From an uncultured Candidatus Saccharibacteria bacterium (GTDB taxonomy: Bacteria; Patescibacteriota; Doudnabacteria; UBA920): a DNA stretch of 64,000 nt. The stretch spans positions 3,847-67,846 of the forward strand of contig CAYYQK010000005.1 in assembly GCA_964473815.1 (NCBI GenBank), in the 5' to 3' direction. How positions within the stretch are numbered: the stretch's first letter is position 1; each line of letters begins with the position of its first letter. Positions 1 through 8,968 of this stretch are shown here, in pieces. Under the pieces are notes generated by a model. It worked only from the letters and a program-made list of their open reading frames with translations. It was not told the DNA's origin and searched no databases. The position numbers were made by a program, and so were the translations under genes.

Positions 1-6
1 GATAAA

Positions 7-258
7 ATGAAGCCAATCCGTGACTTTGCTAATATTGGCATCGGCGTAATTTTCGGTATCGCCGTTCTCTACGCTGTGGTCATGGTTGCTTGGTACGGCA
101 TTAAACTCCAGTCCTCTGCCTCAGACCCGATAAAGTCTCAAGAAGCTAAAGCGGGTCTTAAATCCACTGTGGTCGGTGTAGGTATTACCTTTGCTGCCAT
201 CTTCATTATCGGAATAATCCTGTATGTCTTAGGTTTGATCGGTATTAGAGAAAACTAA
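7..258 (+). CDS. TrbC/VirB2-like pilin (may be 5'-truncated by the window edge)
   Basis: 83 aa with two hydrophobic helices separated by a DPIKSQEAK loop; first gene of a VirB4-containing operon. Confidence 0.6.
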   Translation: MKPIRDFANIGIGVIFGIAVLYAVVMVAWYGIKLQSSASDPIKSQEAKAGLKSTVVGVGITFAAIFIIGIILYVLGLIGIREN

Positions 259-267
259 TTTAAAGTT

Positions 268-1185
268 ATGGAAACAGAAGATACGCCAAAGAAGCAAAAC
301 ATCTTACAGAAAATAGATGGCTTCTTTGGAAAATTTATTCCCAGTTTCAACGCCAGAGCAATTCTCTATTTCAGTCTGATTTTCGCAACGGCTCTTTACC
401 TGCAAATTTGGCGTATAGGATCACATACTCCGCCGCCGCAAAAGCAAACAGAAACAGTCATAGCAGATGACTCATATTGGAATGGTAGTGAATACCATGA
501 CCGGATAAAGAACCAAACTGTTGAGTCTTTCACTAAGGAATTACAAAATTGGCTCAGTGGAAATAGTCAAGAATTTTCACGCAGGAAATTCGAGGACATG
601 CTGTTTATCAATAGCGCTTCAACCCTTGATACTGGCGGCAGCGTTGCCACAATTGTACCCGAGAGTTTCAACTATCTGGAAAACCATGCTAGAGGCAGAT
701 ATCAGTACGCTAAACAAAATGGTTTTCTCAGCGACAGCCCTACTTTAATTTCTTACGGCAATCTAGTATGTGATATTGGCGACCGGACGGAAAAAGATAC
801 CGGCATCGACATTTATGAATGGCGGTATGCATCTATGCCGAAGCTGGCTGCATTTATGAACACAAAGCCGGATTGGAAGGTACAAATCAAGGATAGAATT
901 TTAGATGTTAGTGATCCGAGAATTGAAGACGCTGGCTTGCTCGCCACCAAAACGAGCCAAAGCCAGCCGCCAGGACTATTCTCCTTCCTTATCTTCCAGG
1001 ATAAAAGCAGTAACAGAATTTATCTAGCAGATAGCGAGATTTTAGAAATGAACAGCGTGGATGCAAGACAAACCTTTAGCAATTTAGTGGGATTAAAGAA
1101 GCAACCAAAGCTATATTACAAATACGGCTTTGAAGGCTGCAAGCAAATCAATAATTCAACTTCTTCCTATGAACAATTTGATTAA
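268..1185 (+). CDS. Hypothetical membrane-anchored protein of the conjugation-like operon
   Basis: 305 aa ORF with one N-terminal TM segment, tightly coupled to its neighbours. Confidence 0.6.
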   Translation: METEDTPKKQNILQKIDGFFGKFIPSFNARAILYFSLIFATALYLQIWRIGSHTPPPQKQTETVIADDSYWNGSEYHDRIKNQTVESFTKELQNWLSGNSQEFSRRKFEDMLFINSASTLDTGGSVATIVPESFNYLENHARGRYQYAKQNGFLSDSPTLISYGNLVCDIGDRTEKDTGIDIYEWRYASMPKLAAFMNTKPDWKVQIKDRILDVSDPRIEDAGLLATKTSQSQPPGLFSFLIFQDKSSNRIYLADSEILEMNSVDARQTFSNLVGLKKQPKLYYKYGFEGCKQINNSTSSYEQFD

Positions 1186-2479
1186 CGCCATACTCTCAAA
1201 CTACGTCCCAACGATTATTATCGTTAGTTTAGTTATTGGCATATTTGCTATGGCTATTGCCGGAGTGATTAGGAACTCGGGCAAAGCAGATGATATCGCC
1301 CGCTCGAACGCCATTATGCAAACCGTGATTATCGGCTTCATTATGCTGTTCATTTCCGGAGCTTTCGTGTTTGCTTTCCACCAAACCTATGTCAGCCAGG
1401 TTTACAACAACGTCCGCGAAGATGTGGAAAGAAAACTGCCCGCTAACAGCGATACCAATAACACTGAATTGCTCGGTAATGAAGTAAAAGACACCGGTAT
1501 TACCACAAATGATTCCCGCTGTATTTTAGTGGTGGTGGATACTATTGATTGTGTTAAAAAGACCATTAATGACATTATTGGCAGCATCATTGAAAAAGTC
1601 GTTAGAGGGTTCGGTGTTGCCATAAGCAAGATCGTTGAAAAATTTAACTTCAAATTCTTATTTAACCTCCCGGCAGAAATTTTTGATAACAGCGATAATC
1701 TCCCCGCAGACCAAATGCAGCGTATAATTAACTTTAATGCCCTGCTCAAAGTTAGCGAGATTATCGGCCTAGCCTTTGTTTATCTCCTCATAATTACCCA
1801 TTATTTCAAATCTATTATCTTTTCTTTAGATAATGATTATTCCAGTGACTTTGTCGGCGACATCGGCAAAATGCTCTTAGGTTTTGCCGGAGTATTCTTG
1901 GCCAGATATATCGCTGAAGCCGTTATTCTGACAGGACAAGCATTTGCCTCCTTTCTGTTTAACACGCCCTTAGCAAACGGCCTTATCACTGCTTTAAAGG
2001 CTTTGGTCACAGATGCCCTCTGGGGAGGATTCAGCGGCTTTAGTGTGGCTTTAGTTGGCCTGGCTATCTTTGTGCTAATTTATATAATCCTGTTTGCTTT
2101 TGTGGTCTTCCGTAATGCCAAACGCTACTTCATTCTCCTCTTGATGATTCTGCTTGCTCCAATTTTTACGCCCATGCTGTTTTTTGACATGACTCGAAAT
2201 ATGGGCACGATCTTTTGGCAAAAGTTTATGGTTACGAGTTTCTCTTTAATTTTCGACCTCTTGATTCTCTTAATGATGTTTGTGTTTCTAAGTAGCGGCG
2301 GCATCACCCTGAGCAACCTCATTTTAATTCTAATCGGTCTAGCCATAATTGCCGATAGTAATAATCTATTGCAACAAATTGCCAATGCCGCCGAAGTCGC
2401 CGGATTTAAATCAGTTGTCAGGAAAGGGTTATCCTCCGGAACCGGACTTTACTACAAACTCAAAAGTTTAAAACAATAA
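1169..2479 (+). CDS. VirB6/TrbL-like polytopic membrane protein with a pilin-like N-terminus
   Basis: Many TM segments and a C-terminal LLAPIFTPMLFF...FWQKF pattern typical of VirB6-like proteins; ATG at 1169 chosen over TTG 1130. Confidence 0.55.
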   Translation: MNNLINAILSNYVPTIIIVSLVIGIFAMAIAGVIRNSGKADDIARSNAIMQTVIIGFIMLFISGAFVFAFHQTYVSQVYNNVREDVERKLPANSDTNNTELLGNEVKDTGITTNDSRCILVVVDTIDCVKKTINDIIGSIIEKVVRGFGVAISKIVEKFNFKFLFNLPAEIFDNSDNLPADQMQRIINFNALLKVSEIIGLAFVYLLIITHYFKSIIFSLDNDYSSDFVGDIGKMLLGFAGVFLARYIAEAVILTGQAFASFLFNTPLANGLITALKALVTDALWGGFSGFSVALVGLAIFVLIYIILFAFVVFRNAKRYFILLLMILLAPIFTPMLFFDMTRNMGTIFWQKFMVTSFSLIFDLLILLMMFVFLSSGGITLSNLILILIGLAIIADSNNLLQQIANAAEVAGFKSVVRKGLSSGTGLYYKLKSLKQ

Positions 2480-2480
2480 C

Positions 2481-2933
2481 ATGGACGACAAGCAAACCAA
2501 AATAGATATACCCGATTCTATTGAAAGTTACTCGGTAACTCTGTTTTGGGGTCTAACCATAAAGCAAATCGTTTTAATGTTTGTAGCTACGCTATTTGTA
2601 GGTTTTGGGGTATTTGCTGTTGTAGCTAGAAATTATGCCACGCTTCTGCTCATGCTTATTATGGCTAGCCTCACTATGCTCGGCATGGTCGAAGTTAAAG
2701 GCCGCAATTTCTTTCGCTATCTTCTGTTCATCTTCAGTTATTACAAAACTAAACCGCGGGTGCTAATTTATCACCATTATCAAATTAGCGGACAGCTTCC
2801 AAAACAAAGAAAACAATTAGTTTACCAAAAAGAAAATAACAATAAACTACTCATTATTATGTTCATCAGCTTAATTGTAGGAATTATCGTTTTAGTTCTT
2901 ACGGGAATCCACCTCTACCATGTCGCTCACTAA
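2481..2933 (+). CDS. PrgI/VirB3-like membrane protein
   Basis: IP..IE....LFWGLTIKQ motif, two TMs then a GR motif; directly upstream of VirB4. Confidence 0.7.
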   Translation: MDDKQTKIDIPDSIESYSVTLFWGLTIKQIVLMFVATLFVGFGVFAVVARNYATLLLMLIMASLTMLGMVEVKGRNFFRYLLFIFSYYKTKPRVLIYHHYQISGQLPKQRKQLVYQKENNNKLLIIMFISLIVGIIVLVLTGIHLYHVAH

Positions 2934-5316
2934 CCTATTATTTAAAACAAAACCGAAATTTAAAACCCTGCTTAACTTTTGGCAGTTTAAAGACTTGAAT
3001 GACGGAGTCATCATTATGAAAAACGGCTCGTACCGAATGTGCCTTGAAGTTTTTCCGGCGAACTTCGGCCTTATGGACGAGGAAGAAAAGAAACGAGCTA
3101 TTACAGGCTTTGAGCAAGTCTTACGAGAAATTGATGCGAAGTACCCTTTAAGGGTTCTTATTCAAACCCGCAAGACCAATGCCGAGGATTATATCGACCA
3201 AATTGAATACGCATACAGTGTTCGTAATATTGGCACTTATGACTTATTTCAAAAATACGCTGATTTCATCAGAGAAATCAGCAAGGATTATGAGATTATT
3301 ACCAAAAAATTCTATCTCATACTTGAGTTCAGTGAATTAAAATATACCCTGTCTAAAGACATCATTAGCCGAGAGGATAAGAATGCTAAGAAGAAACGGA
3401 AAATTTCTGAGCAAGAAATTTTCCAAGAAGCTAGAACCAGCATGATAAGCATCTTAACAACTTTTAAATCCCAGCTTAAGGCCATAAACCTTGAAAGCCG
3501 CATCTTGGAATCCGGAGATATCGCTAAAGCTATGATGGCTTATTTAGATGAAGAAAAGTTCTTAAACAATAGAGACTTCTTTGACGGACTGGATAATTTC
3601 CGCAAACAAGCTAAAGAATACGAATTGCCTTTTTCAGTATTAAATAAAATCAGCCCTAATTTTATTGAAGAAGAAAATATTGATCTGTTAAGCATTAACG
3701 GCAAACAATATTTAAGATCAGAGTTTGTCAGCGAACTCGGCTCTTATGCCTACATTGATTGGTTTAAAGAAATTATCATGTTTCCTTATGCCTCGGATAT
3801 TATGTTTACCTTTACCAGCAAAGATCCCAAAGATACGGTGGCGAAAATAACAGAAAAGCGCCACCGGATTGAATCGAAAATCTTTGATGAAAAGAGCCAG
3901 CATAAGCCTAAGAATATTGCCGACAATCTAATTTTGGAAAGCACCGAACGAATTGAAAAACAATACCTCCGCTCCGAAATAAAACCGATTGATTTGAAAA
4001 TTGAAATGACTTTTCGCTCCGACACCATTCAAGCTCTCAACATGGTGCATATGAATATGGAGCGAGTTTTGCAGCGCAAAATGATGCAATCAAGGATTTA
4101 TCACTACGAACAGATTGAAGGACTGAAAGGCACTTTCATTGCCGGCAACAGCGAAACGGAAATTCGCAATCACAGAGACATCAATACTGATGTCGCTTCC
4201 TTCACTTTTCCGTTCATTACCCCGCAAATTTCCTCCAATACCGGCATTCTCTACGGGGTTGATGAAATTAACCGCTCACTTGTTACCATTGACCGCAAAG
4301 AACTGGAAAGCTATAACCGCTCAATTATTGCCTCCACCGGAGCCGGCAAATCCTATTTCATAAAACTCGATTTGATACGCTCGAGGATGATCGGTTATCA
4401 GTCATTCGTCCTTGATGTGGAAAACGAGTTTGAAATGGTTACCAGTTACCTAAAAGGTAAATACATTGAGCTAAGTGATAAATCTATTTACTACATTAAC
4501 CCCTTTAATTTAGCCGGCGAGGAGTATAAGGCGCAAAAGATTGAATTCGTCAGGCAATTATTCCAAACTTTGTACTCGGGAGAAAAAATCAGCGTTACGG
4601 ATATTACCCACATAGAAAAAGCTATTGGCAGTGTTTATGACCGTCATTTGATAAACGGTACTCAGCCTGTCTTAAAAGACTTCATTGCTGCCATAGATCA
4701 GCTAATAAAGACGGAGGCAATCTCAGGACTGCTGACCGTACTTCGCTCTTACAGTGAACCAACTCATCCGCAGTATTACCTGTTTAACAAACAGCAAAAT
4801 ATTGATTTCGCTACTGATGATCTTATAGTTTTTGCTTTAAAGTATGTGGATAAAAGAGATTTCGTAGTCGCAGTAATTTTGGAAAGTTACTGGAATTATA
4901 TTAACCACCCGAAGAATAAAACGAAATTCAAAAACTTAATCATTGATGAAGCCAGTCAATTATTCCAGTATGGGCTTATCGTAGAAAAGCTAGCCTCCCT
5001 AGCCCTCAGAGGCCGCAAGTACAACTCCGGTGTAACAACCATTGTACAGTCAATCAATCACTACTATAACAGCGGGTTTCCGAGAACGAGTGATTTATTT
5101 GACCAATCCTCGCTGACTTTAGTAATGAAACACAAAGTCAGCGACTCGTTCGATAAGCTCAACGAAAAAGTGCACATCAACAAACCGGAGCGCACTTACT
5201 TAGAAAAACTAGAAATAGGTAAAGGACTACTAATAGTTAATAATTCCAAAATCCCCCTGTCCATTGAAGCCAGCGAAGAAGAAGATAGAGTTTGCACCAC
5301 TAAGCCGCCCAGATAA
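2920..5316 (+). CDS. virB4: VirB4-family conjugal transfer ATPase
   Basis: 798 aa; Walker A ASTGAGKS, Walker B IIDEA, INPF and RGRKY motifs. Confidence 0.85.
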   Translation: MSLTNLLFKTKPKFKTLLNFWQFKDLNDGVIIMKNGSYRMCLEVFPANFGLMDEEEKKRAITGFEQVLREIDAKYPLRVLIQTRKTNAEDYIDQIEYAYSVRNIGTYDLFQKYADFIREISKDYEIITKKFYLILEFSELKYTLSKDIISREDKNAKKKRKISEQEIFQEARTSMISILTTFKSQLKAINLESRILESGDIAKAMMAYLDEEKFLNNRDFFDGLDNFRKQAKEYELPFSVLNKISPNFIEEENIDLLSINGKQYLRSEFVSELGSYAYIDWFKEIIMFPYASDIMFTFTSKDPKDTVAKITEKRHRIESKIFDEKSQHKPKNIADNLILESTERIEKQYLRSEIKPIDLKIEMTFRSDTIQALNMVHMNMERVLQRKMMQSRIYHYEQIEGLKGTFIAGNSETEIRNHRDINTDVASFTFPFITPQISSNTGILYGVDEINRSLVTIDRKELESYNRSIIASTGAGKSYFIKLDLIRSRMIGYQSFVLDVENEFEMVTSYLKGKYIELSDKSIYYINPFNLAGEEYKAQKIEFVRQLFQTLYSGEKISVTDITHIEKAIGSVYDRHLINGTQPVLKDFIAAIDQLIKTEAISGLLTVLRSYSEPTHPQYYLFNKQQNIDFATDDLIVFALKYVDKRDFVVAVILESYWNYINHPKNKTKFKNLIIDEASQLFQYGLIVEKLASLALRGRKYNSGVTTIVQSINHYYNSGFPRTSDLFDQSSLTLVMKHKVSDSFDKLNEKVHINKPERTYLEKLEIGKGLLIVNNSKIPLSIEASEEEDRVCTTKPPR

Positions 5317-6077
5317 TGTCGCTACTTCAAGTTACTCAATTAGCGCATGGTGTATATACCAATAGACGAAGAATCTCACGGATTATCGCCGCATTGGTAA
5401 TTGGCTTTGGTATTCTGCTATTTCTACTCTACTTTGTTGTTGCCACGGCTTTTGCAGTGATACAAGGCCAGGGCAATGTTACTGACAACGACCCTGGTGA
5501 TAGCGGTATCCCATTTACGGAATTTGAATACTTTCGCTACAAAACTATCAATAGCGAAGTCTGGTATGAATACCACCATAAATACTACTTCCCAACTTTG
5601 GGAAGGCTAACGCAAGGAGTAATCTTAGACAGCTCTGCCGCAGTGGGACTTCGCCATATTGCCTGGGATATTGCCGATAGAGTGTCTCGCCGCACAGAAG
5701 TAAAAGCCTTTTCCGAAGGCAGTGTTGCCGCAGTAAAAGATAATACGCTCTACAACACCACGAGGCGGTGGCGGTTTTGTAGTAGTAGCCCAAATGGAAT
5801 TTGCTGGTATGAAGTAGCAGAGAGAGCAGATGTCCAATATGCCTGTGGTAATGAAATAATTATCCAGCATCCAGACTCTTTGAGAAGCCAGTATTGCCAC
5901 TTAGCCAGTCTACCTAGCTTTAACAGTGGTGATCCTATTCAAGGTGGCCAGACTATTGGTTATCAAGGACAGACCGGCTGGGCGACCGGCAAACATTTAC
6001 ACTTTGCCTTATGGCGTGGTGGGCAGCCGATTGATCCCTCTTATGCTTTTACTCAAACGCACTTAGATGATTGGTAG
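5316..6077 (+). CDS. M23-family peptidoglycan endopeptidase, membrane anchored
   Basis: HIAWD (HxxxD), YCHL and HLHF zinc motifs; N-terminal TM. Confidence 0.85.
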   Translation: MSLLQVTQLAHGVYTNRRRISRIIAALVIGFGILLFLLYFVVATAFAVIQGQGNVTDNDPGDSGIPFTEFEYFRYKTINSEVWYEYHHKYYFPTLGRLTQGVILDSSAAVGLRHIAWDIADRVSRRTEVKAFSEGSVAAVKDNTLYNTTRRWRFCSSSPNGICWYEVAERADVQYACGNEIIIQHPDSLRSQYCHLASLPSFNSGDPIQGGQTIGYQGQTGWATGKHLHFALWRGGQPIDPSYAFTQTHLDDW

Positions 6078-6079
6078 CT

Positions 6080-7239
6080 TTAAATACGTTTTTCGATTTT
6101 AACTTTCGAAAAATTCTTGTCTGTTTTCACTTCCACACCCGCTTGAGGAAACCAATACTCCCCGGCCTGCTTTCGTAAGTTAAAACTATTGGCATGAATA
6201 AAATGACCTAAGTAAGAATTAATAATTGCCTCCACTATTCTATTATCCTGAGAAGATTGCTTCTGAAACTGCCAAAGGCACTGCTTGAATCTACATACTA
6301 CTTTACGGCGTACTAATACATAGCTTGGTTTAATAAAATAGCCCAAAAAATCCAGACCTTGAGCAGCCGGTCGCAGAATAATTTTTTTGCCATTCAAGCT
6401 AAGATTGAGCTTTTCTTTGAGAAAAGTGGCAATCGGCTGAATATATGACCGCAGCTTTTCTTTGTCAGCATCGAAAATAACAAAATCATCCACGTAACGA
6501 ATGTAGCGAGTCACCGCTAATTGATGGGTAATAAATTGATCTAATTCATTGAGGTAGATATTAGCAAAAAACTGGCTCGTCAAATTGCCAATAGGCAGAC
6601 CCTCACCTGCAGCTGAAAATAGCGATTTTGATTCTGGAATGAGAAATTTATCACTGCATAAGCCTTTGCGAAGATAATTCTTGGTCGGATCCTGAAAAAT
6701 AATTTTTTGGACTAGCCATAGCACTTGGTGTCGCCAAATTTCACTAGATAATTCGCCCCCCCCCCGACTGAAATTTTTTCGTTGATTAAAGAAAACAGAA
6801 TATGCTTATCAATCGAACGAAAAAAACTCTGAATGTCGAGCTTTAAGTAATAATTACCTTTTCTTTCTCTTCCGACCTCGGCAATAAACTGTCTGGCTTT
6901 TGTAACAGCCCGGTGAGTACCTTTGCCTTTGCGGTTAGCGAAAGAATTATAAATAAAATCTTGTTCAAACAAAGCGAAAATTTCATTACACAGTAAATGA
7001 TGCACGATTCGATCGCGAAAATCGGCGGCAAAAATTTCTCGAGGAGTCGGGTAAGCAATAATAAAACAAACGTGCCGCGAGATTTGATAACGGCCGCTTT
7101 GGAGTTCAGAAAGTAACTGAATTAAATTCTTCTCTCGATTTAGCTCAAACAACAGAGCATTGGCTGTTTTTTTCTTGCCTCGGTGACAGTCTTTATAGGC
7201 TCGGTAGAGATTTTGCAAAGTAAAAATTGATTCGCTCAT
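6080..7239 (-). CDS. DGR reverse transcriptase, split into two ORFs (6712-7239 and 6080-6724) by a frameshift at a G10 tract (6756-6765)
   Basis: N-half has PTPREIFAADFRDRIVHH, KGKGTH and LKLDIQSFF; C-half has GLPIGNLTSQFFANIYL, RYVDDF and GLDFLGY; one extra G fuses them into a 386-aa protein. Confidence 0.93.
6756..6765 (-). repeat. G10 homopolymer inside the RT gene (frameshift site)
   Basis: Plus strand attcg-cccccccccc-gactg. Confidence 0.9.
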
Positions 7240-7279
7240 AGAAGTTAAAATAAGCCCAGGGCTGGAGGCGGGAGTGCTG

Positions 7280-7409
7280 GGACACAGCGGACGTAGTTGC
7301 TATTATCCATATTGTCGTTGTTGGAATTGCCATTGTAGAAATTCGTTAACCACGCGTTGTTCGGATTGTCCTCATAGGCAGTAGACGACCAGTAGTTGTC
7401 AGACTGGGT
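7280..7409 (-). repeat. DGR template repeat (TR)
   Basis: 130-nt copy of the target 3' end, rich in AAC/AAT codons, lying between avd and RT. Confidence 0.97.
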
Positions 7410-7563
7410 AGCAATTAAAAGATTTCCGACTAACTTAAAATAATCAATTTCATTTATTCTTCCCACTGACCGCATGCGATACCGAAATCAGTGCAAAGAG
7501 CGGAAATCTGGATTCCCAAAGCCCACACTTGAAAGGCTCGCGGCCCATCAATTCCGGGGAGCG

Positions 7564-7920
7564 TCATTTTGAAACGCTTTTCCTCCAGCCCTCGGCTTGT
7601 TTTGAAAGAGCGACAGCTTGCTGCAAAAGATACAAATAGCTTTTTTCACCGCCAAGCTGCTTAAGCTCATTGGCAATACGCAGAAAAATAATAATTGATT
7701 CGCTTTGCCAGATCAAGTCACCCAGGAGCTTTCGTCTGGTCGATAGATCGCTGCTGTTATTGATCTCCAAAATAAGTCGAATGGCTTCAATATTGGCAGC
7801 TAATATTCCACTGCCGAGCAGATATTTATACTGCTTGCCGAATTTAGGGACCCGCAAATACATTTCCCGAAGCAAGGCGAAAGCAGTATTGTAAATCGGT
7901 AGATGAGAATATAGCGCCAC
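7564..7920 (-). CDS. avd: Avd-like four-helix-bundle accessory variability determinant
   Basis: 118 aa basic helical protein with LPIY, KQYKYLLG and LSKQAEGW motifs; sits between target and TR. Confidence 0.9.
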   Translation of the reverse strand: MALYSHLPIYNTAFALLREMYLRVPKFGKQYKYLLGSGILAANIEAIRLILEINNSSDLSTRRKLLGDLIWQSESIIIFLRIANELKQLGGEKSYLYLLQQAVALSKQAEGWRKSVSK

Positions 7921-7927
7921 AAAAAAA

Positions 7928-7959
7928 CCAAATGATCAAAGAATCAAATTACCAAATTA
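7928..7959 (-). repeat. Four imperfect tandem 8-mers right after the target stop codon (TAATTTGG TAATTTGA TTCTTTGA TCATTTGG)
   Basis: Read directly from the sequence. Confidence 0.7.
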
Positions 7960-8916
7960 CTATCCTCGGACACAGCGGACGTAGTAGCTATTACCCATAC
8001 TGTCGTAGTAGGAATCGCCATAGTAGAAATCCGAGAACCACGCGTAGTACGGATAGTCCTCATAGGCAGTAGACGACCAGTAGTAGTCAGACTGGGTGTT
8101 AGGGAAATAAGTAGTGTTAATGCTAGGATTAACCCGTCCATAGTCCACTATGGAATTTAATTCTCTTATATTGGGCAGATGCCAGTCAGTATGGCCAGCC
8201 AGGCTAAGAGCCTGACAATAATCTATCGCCGGAAAATGGCCAGCTCCCTGGTCGCCGTTACCGTCATCAAAGACATACGTGTCTGCACTGCCACCGGAAC
8301 AATCGCTGCCGGTTTGACCAGCAGAGCATTGCTGCCACATCAGGCCTGTGGAATTATCAGTAATAGTGCCGTTACTGTTGTCGGTGTAGGACAAAGCTAC
8401 TCCGGTCTGGGATTCTCCATCTTGACCAGTCCCGCTGCACGGCACCTGGCTAGCCGAGCTGTAGTCATCGCTAAAGGCATTGCAGTGGGTTTGGCCAGTC
8501 AGCAGAGAGGCAGCAGAAGAACCCGAAGTAGCAGTACCGGCAACCCCTAAATATGTTGTGCCTGTTAACACCTTGGTCGGATCAATGGTGGGAATCGCGT
8601 TGTAAATATCAGCTAAAGTGTGGAAGGTGCCAGCCGGACTGCCGCCAGTAGTCAGGCTATGGTCGCCTTCGGTGACTGTGGCGTTGGTCGTCAGACGGTT
8701 GTAAATGTCAGTTAAGGTATAAAAAGTGGCGGCTGGAAGGCTGGAGGGCGAAAGATTGCCGGCATGGGCCACCCCTGCCAAAACTCCTACGGTAATGACT
8801 ACGCTCACACTGCTGTGGAGCACAGTTTTTAGCCAATTTCTTTTAGAGGATGGCTTCATGGCCGAGACCTGGATAATGCTCCTGATCTTTGGACCCTGAT
8901 TTTTTGAGTTATTCAT
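7960..8916 (-). CDS. DGR target protein: secreted DUF1566 (Lcl C-terminal/CLec-like) domain protein
   Basis: Signal-like segment ending AHA; DNSNGTITDNSTGLMWQ, WHLPNIREL, YWSST and VRCVR motifs; VR at the C-terminus. Confidence 0.93.
   Translation of the reverse strand: MNNSKNQGPKIRSIIQVSAMKPSSKRNWLKTVLHSSVSVVITVGVLAGVAHAGNLSPSSLPAATFYTLTDIYNRLTTNATVTEGDHSLTTGGSPAGTFHTLADIYNAIPTIDPTKVLTGTTYLGVAGTATSGSSAASLLTGQTHCNAFSDDYSSASQVPCSGTGQDGESQTGVALSYTDNSNGTITDNSTGLMWQQCSAGQTGSDCSGGSADTYVFDDGNGDQGAGHFPAIDYCQALSLAGHTDWHLPNIRELNSIVDYGRVNPSINTTYFPNTQSDYYWSSTAYEDYPYYAWFSDFYYGDSYYDSMGNSYYVRCVRG
7968..8097 (-). repeat. DGR variable repeat (VR)
   Basis: 116/130 identical to TR; all 14 differences are at TR adenines (9 A>T, 4 A>G, 1 A>C). 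Confidence 0.97.
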
Positions 8917-8968
8917 GTGTTTATTTTTTAATTATTTATATTAGCTATTAACGTAACGCTTAACCCTC

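Larger units (their letters stand above)
1..6077 (+). mobile_element. Conjugation/T4SS-like gene cluster, possibly part of an integrative conjugative element extending left of the window
   Basis: Gene order pilin, VirB6-like, PrgI, VirB4, cell-wall hydrolase; no relaxase or integrase inside the window. Confidence 0.5.

Noticed and set aside
6080-7239. Group II intron, retron or two separate RT genes
   Set aside because: The GNLTSQ motif with adjacent avd and TR/VR identifies a DGR RT; the two ORFs are complementary halves of one protein.
7245-7475. 76-aa ORF resembling the target C-terminus
   Set aside because: It is the template repeat read in frame; TR acts as RNA, and there is no convincing RBS.
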